Below are positions 1 to 16,388 of a stretch of 64,000 bases of DNA, piece by piece (positions within the stretch are counted from its first letter, which is position 1; each line of letters begins with the position of its first letter). Source of the DNA: Eledone cirrhosa (Eukaryota); contig OZ024740.1 of the NCBI GenBank assembly GCA_964016885.1, forward strand, positions 400,272,001-400,336,000. The letters are read 5' to 3'. The notes beneath the pieces were generated by a model. That model was not told the origin of the DNA, did not search any database, and saw only the letters and a program-made list of their open reading frames with translations. The position numbers and the translations under genes are program-made.

Positions 1-85
1 CATCCTTACGGGGTCGATGAAATAAAGTATCAGTAATACACTGGGTATTTTGCTGGCCTTGTGCCAAAAATAGAAACAATTATTG
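1..85 (+). mobile_element. SINE family 1, partial 3' part
   Basis: CATCCTTACGGGGTCGATGAAATAAAGTATCAG...GCTGGCCTTGTGCC matches the body of the full copies (e.g. 30471-30660). Confidence 0.8.
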
Positions 86-262
86 TCATTATTTAAAATG
101 GTGGATGAGGATTTGTAAATCGATATTTTACCGGAGCAAATCTTGTGTCATTTAGTTCTGAATTCAAATCTCATCTGGGTGAAATTTGTACCTCTATTCT
201 TCCGTAGTTCACAAGGTAAGCTCTAGTCATATATTTAGTACAATATATGTGTATGTATGTAT

Positions 263-790
263 GTTCTTCTGGTTTTATAATTTCACAAATTTTTACCAAT
301 TGAGAGAGAGTCAGTTTCTAACATCGACACAATACTCTCTCATTGGAATTTACACAACATCAACTAGGTAGATTATGTATGCATGTCTACATGTGTAGAT
401 ATGGATGTTATTATATGTGGATGTGTATGTTTTGAGTTGTATGTGTGCATGTGTATATGCTTTGTATCTGTACATGTGTATATGCAGTTATTAGATGCAC
501 AATTTTTGGAATGTTTTACATATTTTTACTGTTCCATTAATGGATTGTACTTGTAATTTCCTAACTAGTTGTGTTCTTTCTGGTCCTGTGAAGCCCAGCT
601 TCTCAAGATTTGTATTGAGGCAGTTACTAACATATCCCAGTGCCCCAATAATCACAGGCATAAATTTGAAGGTGTAATCAGGGTGGAGTATCTGCAGATT
701 TCTCATCAGTTCTGCATAAATATTCTCCTTTTCGATAATCTTTGATATTATATTGGCATCTGCTGGGCAGCTAATTTCCACTACTGTGCA
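263..790 (-). mobile_element. R4/Dong-type non-LTR retrotransposon 3' end (RLE C-terminus plus 3' UTR), 5'-truncated
   Basis: ORF 491-781(-) EISCPAD..KENIYAEL..PVIIGALG resembles a restriction-like endonuclease C-terminus. Both ends abut (TATG)n. Confidence 0.7.
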
Positions 791-797
791 TGCTTTC

Positions 798-900
798 TAT
801 GTATGTATGTATGTATGTATGTATGTATGTATGTATGTATGTATGTATGTATGTATGTATGTATGTATGTATGTATGTATGTATGTATGTATGTATGTAT
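798..900. repeat. (TATG)n microsatellite
   Basis: Direct reading. Confidence 0.98.
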
Positions 901-1508
901 GTCAAGTCACCAGTTGGTGCTACTGGTAACATATATCCCAGTACAACCTGTTTCATGGTCGGGTCGTTGGCGACTAAACTGGCAACCCCACCAAGGTTTC
1001 TTGGTGAGGAGGGTGACTTTGGAGATCCTGCAGGACTAAAAACAAAACCTGTCAAAGGGCAAAGGAGCTCTTAAGAGTCAATGGCCATTCAAAATCACCG
1101 GGAGAGATGACCCCTTAGCCTTTGTCAAGGCAGAATTCTAGGAGAAGGAAAACTCTGATACAACACCTGCAACTCTGATGGTATCCAATGATGTTGACTT
1201 GTTCTTCTTTTTGGTAAATATCATATTGGTTAAGAGAGTGGGACTGGCTTTGTGCAGTGCCTTTGCTCACTATAAAAGCTTCACAGCACAGGCATTGCTT
1301 TATATCTGGAGATCTCTCTGCACTTGTCGCCACATGGTACCATGGGCCCAGCACTATGTGTCAATAATTGTCACAGGCGTAGTGTTTGTACCAGAGTTTT
1401 CAAGTCGCTGGTTGGACTGTAAAATCACACTTGTTCAGCGCATCGGTAGGGGTTCTCCTACATGGATATAAAGTAGTGGCCGTACTCTATAACGAGTTGG
1501 CAGCCACC
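901..1508 (+). mobile_element. ~600-bp non-coding interspersed element inserted in (TATG)n, copy 1
   Basis: Near-identical reverse copies at 41408-42014 and 57714-58313. Contains CTAGGAGAAGGAAAACTCTGA, a motif I recall from RTE-clade 5' UTRs. Confidence 0.85.
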
Positions 1509-1599
1509 ATGTATGTATGTATGTATGTATGTATGTATGTATGTATGTATGTATGTATGTATGTATGTATGTATGTATGTAGGGATGTATGTACGTATG

Positions 1600-2405
1600 T
1601 TTAAATTCAAATAATGTAGACCAGTTCTTCTTTTTCGGTAAATGCATTTGATGTTCAGAGAGTGGGATTGGTCCCGTGCAAAGCCTTTCCTCACTTAAAA
1701 ATGCTTTAAGCACTGGCATCGCTTGATATGTGACAATTCGTTGCAAAGTAAGGAATTGCTGGCCTAGCAGGGCTAAAATGCCAAGTATCAAGTGATGACA
1801 TTTCTCGATATCGACTTGCATTCATCATGTATATATGTATGTATGTATGTAGTCGTCGGCGACTAAACCGTCAACCCCATCAAGTTTACTTTTTGGACAC
1901 CCTGCAGGACAAAAACAAAGCCTGACAAAGGGCGGAAGATCTCTTAAGAGTAAACGGCCATCCAAAAATGTATAAATATGTATATACATATGTACATATG
2001 TATATATATATATGTATATATATATACATGTATTCATATGTGTGTATATGCGCGGGGACACGGTATCAATCGGGCTGGATACCCGATCGCATGGTTAAAC
2101 CACTAGGAGTGGAGGACCCCTAGCCTTTGTAAGGGCATTCTTCTAGGAGAAGGCAACTCAGGAAACTGGGATAACTCCGATATAAAACCTGCAGCTCAGT
2201 AGTTACCGATGATGTTGATCTTTTCTTCTTTACAGGTTATTGCATGTCGCTCAGAGAGTGGGATTGGCTCAGTGCACAGATTTTACTCACTTTAAAAAAA
2301 ATCTTCTCGCACAGGCATTGCACGGTAGAATTAATTAATAATTATTAATAGTGCAATGGCTATACCCGCGCAATGGCCATACTCGATAACGAGGGGGCAA
2401 CCATC
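1600..2405 (+). mobile_element. Older diverged fragments of the 600-bp element family
   Basis: GGCGACTAAAC..CCTGCAGGACAAAAACAAA, CTAGGAGAAGGCAACTC and the AACGAGGGGGCAACCATC end parallel copy 1. Confidence 0.7.
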
Positions 2406-2444
2406 ATGTATGTATGCATGTATGTATGTATGTTTGTATGTATG

Positions 2445-2990
<546 letters not shown>

Positions 2991-3045
2991 CTCTCTGTGT
3001 ATGTATCTGTCCACGTATGTGTGTATATATGTATGTAGCTATGTA

Positions 3046-3132
<87 letters not shown>

Positions 3133-3664
3133 AAATGGCAGACTTTGGATCTGAGACAAATATTTGATATATTACATATAAAAAGGAGGAAATGGTGGTC
3201 TACGTAAAATTAGAAATTACATATTAATCATATTATTGAGATTACTGCGTGATTAGCGGCATTACGCGTAACTCTCAGTAACAACAGGGAGTAATGAGAG
3301 TAATATACGTATTTATTTCATTTGGCTAGCTGTTCCCAATACTGCTCACCACCAACATTTTCCTTCCGTGAGTGTAACTAGGTTGACATTGGTGGTTTCC
3401 TCCGTCAAATTCAAAATAAAGGTATCGAATACTTCTTGTTTTGTTCGTTACAGTTAGTAATATATATATATACTTTACTGGTAGTAAAGTATATATATAT
3501 ATATACACACACATATAGTTCAAAATAACAAACAAACGCATGAGTAAATGATACATGGTGTTACTAGCTTCACACTTGGAGAGAGTATATATATATATAC
3601 GCACACACACACATACGCACACACACATATATATATATATATGCAAATAAATATATATAAATAT

Positions 3665-3722
<58 letters not shown>

Positions 3723-4102
3723 CAAATAAATATATATAAATATTGTGTGTATATATTGAAAAGTCTTTGATATGAAATAGTGTAAGTAAACATTAAAATA
3801 CAACGGAAGAAAACATAATAGTATCACTAATGATGTCACATGTGTGTGATGAAAGAACTCTGAGAAACTATACATATATATATTTATATCTATATTTTTA
3901 ACTGTTGAATAAACAATGATAAACATTGGTTGCCAGCTGAATTATTTATAGGGATATAAAATATACGGAAGTGAAAACCAACCCAAACGAAACAGTAAGT
4001 GTGTTTTATTATACATTTCGGGCAATAATATGACCCGCCACAAATATATAATTATATATATATATAACTATATATATATATATATATATAAATTATAATG
4101 AA

Positions 4103-4870
4103 GAATTAGAAATAGGACTATCCATCATCAGTGATCTACTAGCCATCATAGGTATTTCTTCGCATTAAAGACCAGATACCTCAGGCTAGCGCGAACAATA
4201 ACTAAAATAAGTTATTGGGATAAAAAGAATTGTGTGGAGAAAGAGAGACAGGTAAACAAACATGAAGGTGAGGCAACGTAAAGAGAGGAAAAATGAGAAA
4301 ATCAAGTCAATGATTCATTTGAACATAAGAACTTGCGAATATTGACGAGAAGACGAGAGACACATCCCAACCATGCGAAAGTGAGCGAGGAAAGAATTAC
4401 GCACGGTGTGGGACGATGGAGGAAGTGAGAGAGAGGGTGAGTAGCAGAGAGTGAGTGAGTGAAAGTGTGAGGAAGAGGCTAACCGAGAGAGGTTGACTTG
4501 CAGAGGGGGTGAATGAAAGTAAGAGGGAGAAGGAGAGAGAAGGGGGAGAAAGAAAAAGGATAGCAGTAAGGGAAGAGAAAAAGACAGGTCACAGCGAAGG
4601 GGAAAGCATATAGGAATGAAAAATGGCGTGCTGTGTTGTTGCATATGTGATATACAAATTAAAATTAAGAATTAGAAATAGGACCATCCATCATCAGGGA
4701 TCTACTAACCATCATAGGTATTTCTTCGCATTAAAGACCTAAAGACCCAACGACCTAACGACCTAAAGGCATTAAAGGCTAGCGCGAACAATAACTAAAA
4801 TAAGTTATTGGGATACAATGAATTGGGTGGAGAAAGAGAGACAAGTAAACAAACATGAAGGTGAGGCAAC
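4103..4870. repeat. ~180-bp direct repeat pair (4103-4278 and 4669-4870)
   Basis: GAATTAGAAATAGGAC...CATGAAGGTGAGGCAAC occurs twice. A minus-strand CTGATGA is present but no complete HHR. Confidence 0.8.
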
Positions 4871-4887
4871 ATATATATATATATATA

Positions 4888-5606
<719 letters not shown>

Positions 5607-6288
5607 CGTGTGCATTGATAGGTAGAGAGAAAGATAGATAGACACACACACATAAGTGTGTGTGTGTGTCTTTGTATTTACCGAAGATGATGAAGAACAA
5701 TGCCAAGAAATCTACTTCAAGAACATCTACAAAAACAACCACAACAAAGGAATCAGTAAAACATAGTAAAACGAAGCGTTTCAGCAAAATATTTCTGGTG
5801 TTTATTATATAGCAGTTAATCTCTCTATTACTTCATCACTGCTCCATCTCAGTCATATAGCTGTCTCTCTCCCCCCCTCTCTCTCATCCTCTCTCTCCCT
5901 CTTCCTCTCCCTGCACAGCCAGTCTGCCTACTGATGCTGTGGGCGTGGTCGACAATAAGCTGCATTATTTAAAACTATTCCGCTTGTTTGCCTTATTAAG
6001 TCTGTCTCATCTCTCAATATTTAATCTCCTCTCTCAACATTTACTTCAACAAAGCAACCACACTTACACAAACACACACACTACACACTTACACACACAT
6101 ACACATATACTTGCATACAAACATACTCGCATACACAAAAACCAAACGCATACACGTGCCTCAAATATATATGTATACATATAATTGTTAAGACGCACAC
6201 ACGCATATTCACTGATTCTGAAAATGCATACACACATACATAGATATATTCATGAAAATTGCAAACTTGACTGTCACCACTGAATATA

Positions 6289-6323
6289 AACCTGAAGATT
6301 GCGAAAGCATGAAAGTACTTGTT
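6289..6323 (+). ncRNA. Minimal type I hammerhead ribozyme motif
   Basis: AAC-CTGAAGA-T-TGC(GAAA)GCA-T-GAAA-GTAC-TT-GTT, with palindromic helix III. Confidence 0.7.
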
Positions 6324-6502
6324 CAATTAACACGTAACATTTAATATTCTACCATAATATTTCATCATTATAATACCATTATAATTTTAAAGGATTGTAA
6401 ATAAAACGAGTAAACCAGAGGAAGTTGGAATTTCTTTTATTAATACATACATACACACACATATATATATATATACACATACACATACACACACACACAA
6501 AC

Positions 6503-6588
<86 letters not shown>

Positions 6589-7232
6589 CATACATATGTA
6601 CATAGATACATCCATACATTCGTACATACATACATACTTCCATATATTTATATATTCATACACACATACACACATATATTCATACATACACATATACATA
6701 ATGGCTGCATCTCGGTTTCGAGAATTGCAATCCGTTGATTTTTTTTTCTCATGCATGGGTGACACAATCATCACCTTTCCGACCTACTAGGGGCTCAGAT
6801 TCCTTTCTGCATATGTTATAGTGAAAGTCATTTAGATCAAGTGTTTGAAGGTTTTTTTTAAGTGAAGAAAGGCCCTGCACTTGAACAATCCCACTCGCTG
6901 AACAACGGTGACAGGTATCCGAAAAGAAGAACAGGTCAACATCATTGGCCGCATTTGAATCGCATCTTTTATATCTGTTTTCCCTCTAGAATGGTGTCCT
7001 AACAGGAACTAGGGGTAGGACGCCATGCTTTGACGCATATATATATATATAAAAATAAATACAATATCGGAGAAAGCTTTTTAGCGATACTCCGGCCAAA
7101 TTCCAACTCACTCAACAAACATTAGGAAATAAGTGATTATATTCCTAATTAAGCGTTCGGGGGGCTAACTAAAAGTATTGCGTGGAAAATTGGCTGTATT
7201 ATTTCATATGAGACATATCGAATATATCTCTT

Positions 7233-7359
7233 CCCAGACGGACGTCTCGTTTCATTATAGGATTCCTACATTTTGGGTAAAATTATACCAATTTATGTAG
7301 GAGCTTGTATACCATCAATAGATATATATTCAAGTGGGCTCCTATAATTCATCAGTGGG
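7233..7359 (-). ncRNA. Type I hammerhead with long helix II insertion
   Basis: CCCA-CTGATGA-ATTATAGGA...TCCTATAAT-GAAA-CG..CG-TC-TGGG. 9-bp perfect helix II base, GUC site. Confidence 0.75.
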
Positions 7360-7722
7360 TGCCCCAATAATACTAATATTGACAATCTAATCAACATCAG
7401 TATTTAGCGATAATCATCATCAGTGCCTGAGGTATCTGTCAGGTTGCTAGTCCAGCAGTTCTAAAGAAATGCTCAAACTGATTCAAAAATGAGGAAGTAA
7501 ATTACCGCCCCAAAAAAACAATACATACGCATGACAATGAACTCTAAAAGGAATTCAATTGGAAATTGAAAAATATCTATGTGTGTACAACGTTTGATGA
7601 CACACACAGCTATTTTCTCGGACAAAATAACAGAATGAGATATAAGGAACAATCAATATTCATATATAAAAAAAATAAACAAGAAAGTCTAACCTTACAG
7701 TGGGAATTTCAAATCTGTTGCA

Positions 7723-7776
<54 letters not shown>

Positions 7777-7907
7777 ACATTTTTAAATGAGTTAACCTCG
7801 GCGAGATTTGAATTCAGAATGGAAGGGCTTAACTCTATGCATCAAAGCATGGCTTTAAAAATGAGGCTTGTTTGCATAATTGCAAACGAATCGAATGTTA
7901 TTATTAA

Positions 7908-8100
7908 TGGTGGATTGGCAGTATCAGTAGAGGGTCGGATGCCATGCTTTGCGGCAAAGAGTTACAGCCCTTTATGGTCTGAGTTCAAATCCCGTCGAGG
8001 TTAACTTTGCCTTTCATCCTTACGGGGTCGATAAAATAAAGCACCAGTAATACACTGGGATAATTGCTGGCCTTGTGCCTAAAGTAGAAACAATTATTAT
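7908..8100 (+). mobile_element. tRNA-derived SINE family 1 (Meta/MESC-like central domain)
   Basis: A-box-like TGGCAGTATCAG, B-box GAGTTCAAATCC, central GCCTTTCATCCTTACGGGGTCGATAAAATAAAG, (ATT)n tail. Confidence 0.85.
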
Positions 8101-8213
8101 TATTAAAAAAATTTAAGATTACATTTATATATATATATATAAACATAATCTTTATTGTTGGATTTGTTATAATTCATATATATATATATACAGATATACA
8201 GAGAGAGAGAGAG

Positions 8214-8263
<50 letters not shown>

Positions 8264-8756
8264 AGTGGGTGGGAGTGAAAGAGATGGAAAATGAGGGAGG
8301 GAAAGAAAGATAGATGGTTGGTTAAGAAGGACAGAAACAATTATGAGTTGACAGGTGATAGGAATATAGACCGGAAGACAAAAGTGAAAAGATAGAAGTA
8401 ACCGGGGATGTATATTGAATCATATACGAAATGTTCGTGTATAATATACATCTTATAGCCTCGCTACGAATTTTAATAGTCTGTGCTGTCACTCCTATCC
8501 TTAGCAACAACGGGAGAGCACCCTGACGATACCATTTCTAGTTCTTTAATCGTCGCCAGAGAGGCTTATAGTTTCTTATTTTGTAAATCAAAAGTATGGT
8601 AAAATATAAAATTGCTTCTGATGGGTCGTAACTAAAAGCAGCAAAGCAGTTAATCCAATGATTTAATGTTTTAGTCATTCAACAGTAATATTGTATAATA
8701 TTAATGTTAGTAGAATCGCTAATGAATTATAACAAATACAATAATAGGAACAATAA

Positions 8757-9578
8757 GAAGCGGAAGAATGGTTGCTTTCCAGCATAGTTACGTCCCTTTA
8801 CGATCTGAGTTCAAATCCCGCCGAGGTTGACTTTGCCTTTCATCCTTACGGGGTCGATAAAATAAAGTACCAGTAATGAACTGGGTGATTGCTGGCCTTG
8901 TGCCTAAGGTAGAAACAATTATTATTAGTTATAATTAGTTATAAGTGGATTGGCAGTATCGGTAGAGGGTCAGACGCCATGCTTTGAAGCATAGAGTTAC
9001 CTCCCTTTATAATCTGAGTTCAAATCCTGCCGAGGTTAACTTTGCCTTTCATCCTTACGGGGTCGATAAAATAAAGTACCAGTAATTCACTGGTTTATTG
9101 CTGGCCTTGTGCCTAAAGTAGACACAATTATTATTAGTTATAATTAGTTATAAGTGGAATGGCAGTATCGGTAGAGGGTCGAACGCCATGCGTTGCAACA
9201 TAGAGTTACGGCCCTTTATGATCTGACTTCAAATCGCGCCGAGGTTAACTTTGGCTTTCTTCCTTACGGGGTCGATAAAATAAAGTACCAGTAACGTACT
9301 GGGGTCGATTTAATCGAACCCCCCCAAAAAAAATTGCTGGCCTTGTGCCTATATAAGAAACCATTATTATTATTAGTTATAATTAGTTATTAGTGGATTG
9401 GCAGTATCGTTAGAGGGTAGGACGCCATGCTTTGACGCATAGAGTTACGGCCCTTTCCATTCTGAATCCAAATCTCGCTGTGGTTAACTTTGCCTTTCAT
9501 CCTTACGGGGTCGATACAATAAAGTACCAGTAATGCACTGAATAATTGCTGGCCTTGTGCAAAAAGTAGAAACAATTA
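8757..9578 (+). mobile_element. Four head-to-tail SINE family 1 copies
   Basis: Units at ~8757-8925, 8944-9133, 9154-9372 and 9392-9578, joined by TTAGTTATAATTAGTTAT. Confidence 0.9.
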
Positions 9579-11480
9579 TAATTATCAGTTACGTATATAC
9601 AACTACTCGAAATTTTGCTGGCTGCCTTGTATAAAGTATAATAGGATGGTGATAGGCGAATTGTCAAGGATGCGAAGAGAAATGTGAAAACACAAATGGG
9701 AACGAACAAAATAGAAGAAAGAAAGAGAAATTATTTGGAATAGAGGATGAGGACTAAATATATTTTGAATCACATTTTATTTGTATAATAATTGGTTAGA
9801 AATATTTCTTGTAGCAAAATGGAATCTTAGATAGGTAGATAGATACAGAATGAATAATAGAGAAGTACACTGTGACTGACTACTTTCTGAATAAATAATT
9901 ATATCATTGAATAAAGAACCTCATTGTTGTTTAAAGTAATAAATAACCAATAGTTATATTTTAATTAGGCGAAAGTCGCATAACAGCTTTTGGCGGACAA
10001 ATTATACGGCACAACTTTAATTTGTTGCTGCTCACATTGTCTTTCGGACAATCAACTTCTCAATTTCCCAGTTTTCAAGAAAATTAGACAAATTATATAA
10101 AGAAGCAGCCTTGTGCTTCATTACAATTCTATGAACAATTAAATGTTGGGATTTCTGATGGTGAAATGAGGTTTTGTCAATATATATTTATAAATATAAC
10201 CTTACATTAAATACTATAAACTATATGGACATTATTCTTAATGGACAGAGCATAGCCATAATCTTTAGGAAATAAACATTCAAACGTAATATTATACTAA
10301 ATGCTACCGTTCTTATGATACACACCAGGTATATAGACTCTGTACAATTTCTAATTGAGGAAGAGAAGAGAATGAATTTTTTAAAGATTAAATGTATTTT
10401 AAATAGCTCGTTTTTGTATAGTATACAGGAATGGATACGGTCTTATAATACGAGAATAAGTATTATTATAATTATTATGATACGAGAATTAGTATCAAAA
10501 GATGCACCTCTGGTTATAATCCTACAAAATGTTGGATACTAGTGCTGCCAACAGAGAATAAAAATAGTGGAAATAGTAGCAATTTTTTGCTCGATATTGG
10601 ATACATACACTGATAATTAAAATATTTCTAAGTCTCTAGAAATAATTATTTAACATTAATGACACCAGGCCAAACATATAACATTTCTTTTATATGATGG
10701 AATCTAAAATTGATTAGCTTTTAAGAATGCTGATATTTTGCAATCAACATGAAATCGCATCATAATATCTATATTATTTTGGAACGTTGATAATTTGTAG
10801 AATATGTAGGGGGATAGGAAGAATAAATTGTATTTAGTCTCTTCACTTTTCATACTAAGCTTAAATCTCCCCAGTGTTCAGTTTCGCATTTAAACTTTTC
10901 GGGTTTGATAAAATAAATATTAGCCAAGTACTGTAATCGTTTTTATCTTATATACCCTCACCTAAAATTGTACTTTTGTACGTATCTTAGAAAAATATAT
11001 ACTCATATCTTAACAATCAATAATAAATTTCAATTTAAGAAGATATATAAACATATTTGTTATAAGTTTAGTTAAAAAACCCAAACCTATATATACTTTA
11101 AATTGATGTATAAAAGAAAATAACAACAAAAAGAAAAGAGTAACATTGATTCTGTGGAAGTACAATAAGGAAATAAAAAAGTATACAGACAAAAAAAATC
11201 AAAAAATCTGTAACAGAAACGTGACCCCCAATCCTTCAATATCCATGTATAATAAAGGAACAATCTCTATTCTTCATAATTAATGTATAAATAAATGGTA
11301 GTTGATATTTTATCATCATCTATTTAGATATAGCATCTAACATATTGGTAACACGGTTATTCCTTTTTGATAATAAGTCAACAGGTTAACAACCAACGCA
11401 TACTCAAAATTATATATATATGGAGTTAGGCAAATGGAAACTGTGCGATAAATTATATATATATATATATATATAATCTA

Positions 11481-11568
<88 letters not shown>

Positions 11569-11587
11569 GCACACACACACACAGACA

Positions 11588-11663
<76 letters not shown>

Positions 11664-14213
11664 ATCTATCGCACAGTTTCCATTTGCCTAACTCCATAGA
11701 CAAAGCATTTATAAAACCGAGACTACAATAAAAACAACATGCCGAAAATATAACACACTGTGTTCCTACCAGGAATTATGTGGTTTTGTAGCAAATATCT
11801 TAAAGACACACAAATGTCTAACAATATATAAAAAAGAGTAGAACGAAGGTACTGCTCCGATTTCTGAATGAATGAAGTAAGCAATCTGCAAAAAACTCAT
11901 TTGTTTTTAGTTTTGTAGTTTTTGTTATACTTATACAGAAGTCCCTTTTGTGAAAGGATACTTAATATAGTTCAATGTTTCTGTTCACCAATATATCAAT
12001 AGTATTTATCTGAGTTATGGTTTTTCTTTTAGTGGTTACTTTATAATACTTACATCCTCTTCTGCTCTAATTGAAATAAAAAATAAAAGAAATACAAATC
12101 ATAACTTCTATTTGTCAACATCCTGATATTTTCTAGAGTTCAGCATCCATTGGCGGACATACCAGGTAAGAAATAATAATCTAACATAAAATAACATTTC
12201 AGAAACAAAAAAATAATGTCAGACTTGATATATTTTACTGACAAGGCAAAGGATGGAGGAAGAGAAGAAGAAAAAAAGATAAGAAATAGAGAGATAGGAA
12301 GAAAGGAAGAAGAGAAGATGGGAGAAGAAATAAAAGATGGAGAAGATAATAATTTTAAGAATAAGAAAAAATGTATGAGTGTGCGTATGTGTGTGGGAGA
12401 GAATTAGAGAAGCAATGAGAGCGATAGAGAATAGGAAGCAGGGAGAGAGATTCGTGTTAAAACATTAAAGAAAGCAGGAGTTGCTATTGGCAACCGATAA
12501 AAAAATGCTGGATGGTTTTGCACAATAAAAAATTCATTGTGTGGCTCATTAACATTTTCGGTTTGCTTTTCAAATTTCATTTCGGTTTACCATCCACATT
12601 TAATCACCACCATCTTTATTTTATCTTTCATATTTTAATATCATTTTTCCTATTTTAATATCATTTTCGTTCTTTTTTCGTTCTTTTCCTCCATTCAATT
12701 TCTTGGTTTTATTTTCATTCCGTCTCTCAGTCAGCTTTTTTTTTTAAAATCAAAATAACATCAACATTTCATCTATAACAGCCATTTGTTATAAAGTGTT
12801 ATATAAAATGGAAATTTTTTATGGAATCAAATATTTATATCAATCGTTAAAAATTAAATATTACTTTTTTCTCTCTCTTTCATCCGGATTCTCATGTTAA
12901 ATTTATCATCAAACTCACGAATATCCCTTTACCTACACACTAACGATAATACTTCAATTGACATAACGGATACATCTGCGGATTTTTCCGTTCCCCTTGT
13001 TGTTGTTAATACCGATTGTGGTGGGTGTTCGCCTCTAAAGAGCGACAGACAAAATGATTTGCAGCGGTATATTCTTTTACTTTATGCGTTCAAATCCCAC
13101 CGCTGACAGCGCTGTTATTCATCTTCCGGAGTCAATAAACTAAGTATTAGTTACGAATTCCAATCGATAAAATCGACAACAACCCTCCTACAAATTTGTT
13201 ATATGCATATTTGTATGTATATTTACAACATGAATTATGTACACAAGTAATCCTTGGTTTGGGGGGTTTTACAGTTAGACACCAACTCTCCCATGTTGTT
13301 TTGATTTGGCAAAGTAACAAGCGTTTTAAACCATTTCTCTGCTAAAGCAGGAGTTAGCTTTCTGGACTCAATGACTGGCTTAATCATAATCATCATGGAT
13401 TCGTTCTTGTGGCAATGTTTTACGACAAGATACCCTTCCTGGAGACAAAACACTTGGACGCTTCTTACGACACGCAAGGATATGGCATATCAGATGGACA
13501 GTATAATGATTTGGCAATATTTTTGCAATTTCTATTTTTCACGTCCTGCAACATTGTTATATTAATAGTTGAACATGGTTTTAAATAGATTGAGTTTCAA
13601 TTTAAGAGGTGCAGCACTGTTTCATGAGATACAACACACATTTCGTAGATCTTTTATACATATTGTTTAAGGATAAATGTGTATTTTTTAGTGGCATGTG
13701 CTGTGAAGGTTAACCTATTGAATTGTATACTTTCAGATTTCAAGTTCGGTTTTAGGTGCTTCGTTTTTCAGTTTGTTTATTCTTAGTAGTTATATTTATC
13801 TTCGATTCCATTCGAACTTTATAGTGAATTGATTTTTTAAATTGTATCATTGTTTTAATCCTTGATATTATTATTACAGTTGCCAATACATATTGTTCTT
13901 TATCATATTTCTTTTTATTAAATGTTTTATCAGAAGTGTATTTTTAAAAAAAAATCGTATTTTAATCAGTAGCTTTATATAACTATTGGAGCTCCATATT
14001 GTTTTATTAGGTGCCGGCGTTTGTTTTATCCTTCAGAGATTAATAAGGCCTCAAGTAGAAGGGCATGTCCGAAAAATATATTGCAGTCTTCATTTCATGC
14101 TGTAAAAACTAACGATAGTCTTGCGACCTGTCATGGGAGGCGGGGAATGGACGCACAAAGTTTGCGTATCCCGAGACCCCAAAGAGTGTACGGAAGGCAG
14201 TGAATCCTAACTG

Positions 14214-15025
<812 letters not shown>

Positions 15026-15029
15026 GTAC

Positions 15030-15060
<31 letters not shown>

Positions 15061-15087
15061 CATTTGCACGCGAACTCGTTTATATAT

Positions 15088-15206
<119 letters not shown>

Positions 15207-15983
15207 GTATATATATAGATATATATAATATATATATCTCTCTCTATATATATATATATACATGTATATATATATATATATACACACACATATATAATAT
15301 TATAAATATATATACACACACATATATAATATTATAAATATATATATACACACATATATAATAGTATAAATATTTTACAGTAAAATTTCTTTTTCCTCAA
15401 ATGAAACAAATGAAAAGTTGAATTATTAATACTAAATCTTGAAACTGATACTAAAGAACTAAATAATATTTATAAAGAAAAAAAAATCAGAAAAAAAATC
15501 AAGGAAGCGGCTAAAGACTAAAGAAAACAATGTAAGAGTACAAACAAATATTACAAAAAAAAAAAATAGCATTAGCATCAGCAGCAACTCTAATACTTCA
15601 CAACATCAACTATAAACAAGAGTACATATCGTCGTTTGACTCGTCTTTGATGTTGGAAGGAGTGGTTAATAGTGTGAAATAGCCAACATGACAAAACCAC
15701 AATTCATATCTAGATTAGAATACACCTTCAGGCAACTGTGTTTAAGGGAATGAAATATGCCACCTTATTAATAGCACACACGCGAGTTACAGACGGGCAA
15801 ATAGGAAAGAACACTCACATTATCAAATAGAAATGCATGCACACCTACACTTACATACTCAAATATAAATGGTCGTACACACACACACACACGCGCACAC
15901 ATACAAACACCAAAATAAATCTCCCTCTCTTTCGATGCTCACACACACACACACACACACACATACACACACACACGCACACG

Positions 15984-16067
<84 letters not shown>

Positions 16068-16070
<3 letters not shown>

Positions 16071-16311
16071 CAAAGGAACGTTTCCACGAACCAAAGTATC
16101 GTCTTCCTGCTTTCCTCCGGTTGCAACGTTTTTTGAAATATTCACTTCTGCGTTCACACATTGACTTTGTTATTTTCAGAAGATCCCGTTAAGGGTGAAA
16201 GCAGCGATTCTTTGCTTAAACTTTAATCTGTTATTTTAATAAATATTTGCTCTACGGTTCTTATATATTATCGAGCCCTCTTTGGATTTTAGTCTTCAAA
16301 TTTATTATTAT

Positions 16312-16313
<2 letters not shown>
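16068..16313 (+). mobile_element. Family D element in (TA)n with variant HHR at 16173-16221
   Basis: TTT-CAGAAGA-TCCC(GTTAA)GGGT-GAAA-GCA..TGC-TT-AAA. Relatives at 35313-35652, 50255-50335 and 61697-61825. Confidence 0.7.

Positions 16314-16388
<75 letters not shown>

Noticed and set aside
4005-4135. Minus-strand HHR halves (CTGATGA; GAAATGTATA)
   Set aside because: Helices I and II do not pair convincingly; probably two separate remnants.
5765-5842. Degenerate minus-strand HHR (GTGATGA..GAAACGCTTCGTT)
   Set aside because: The core is broken and helix I is absent. Partial cores at 8522, 15725, 42782, 47947 and 57432 were excluded likewise.
8757-9578. CRISPR-like repeat-spacer appearance
   Set aside because: The units are whole SINEs; eukaryotic context and no cas genes.
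12137-12165. Possible 29-nt micro-exon (TTTTCTAG...CAG/GTAAGA); similar 8-nt candidate near 207-214
   Set aside because: Splice-like motifs alone are expected by chance; needs RNA-seq.
13235-13565. Non-repetitive ORFs on both strands
   Set aside because: No recognisable motif or exon structure.
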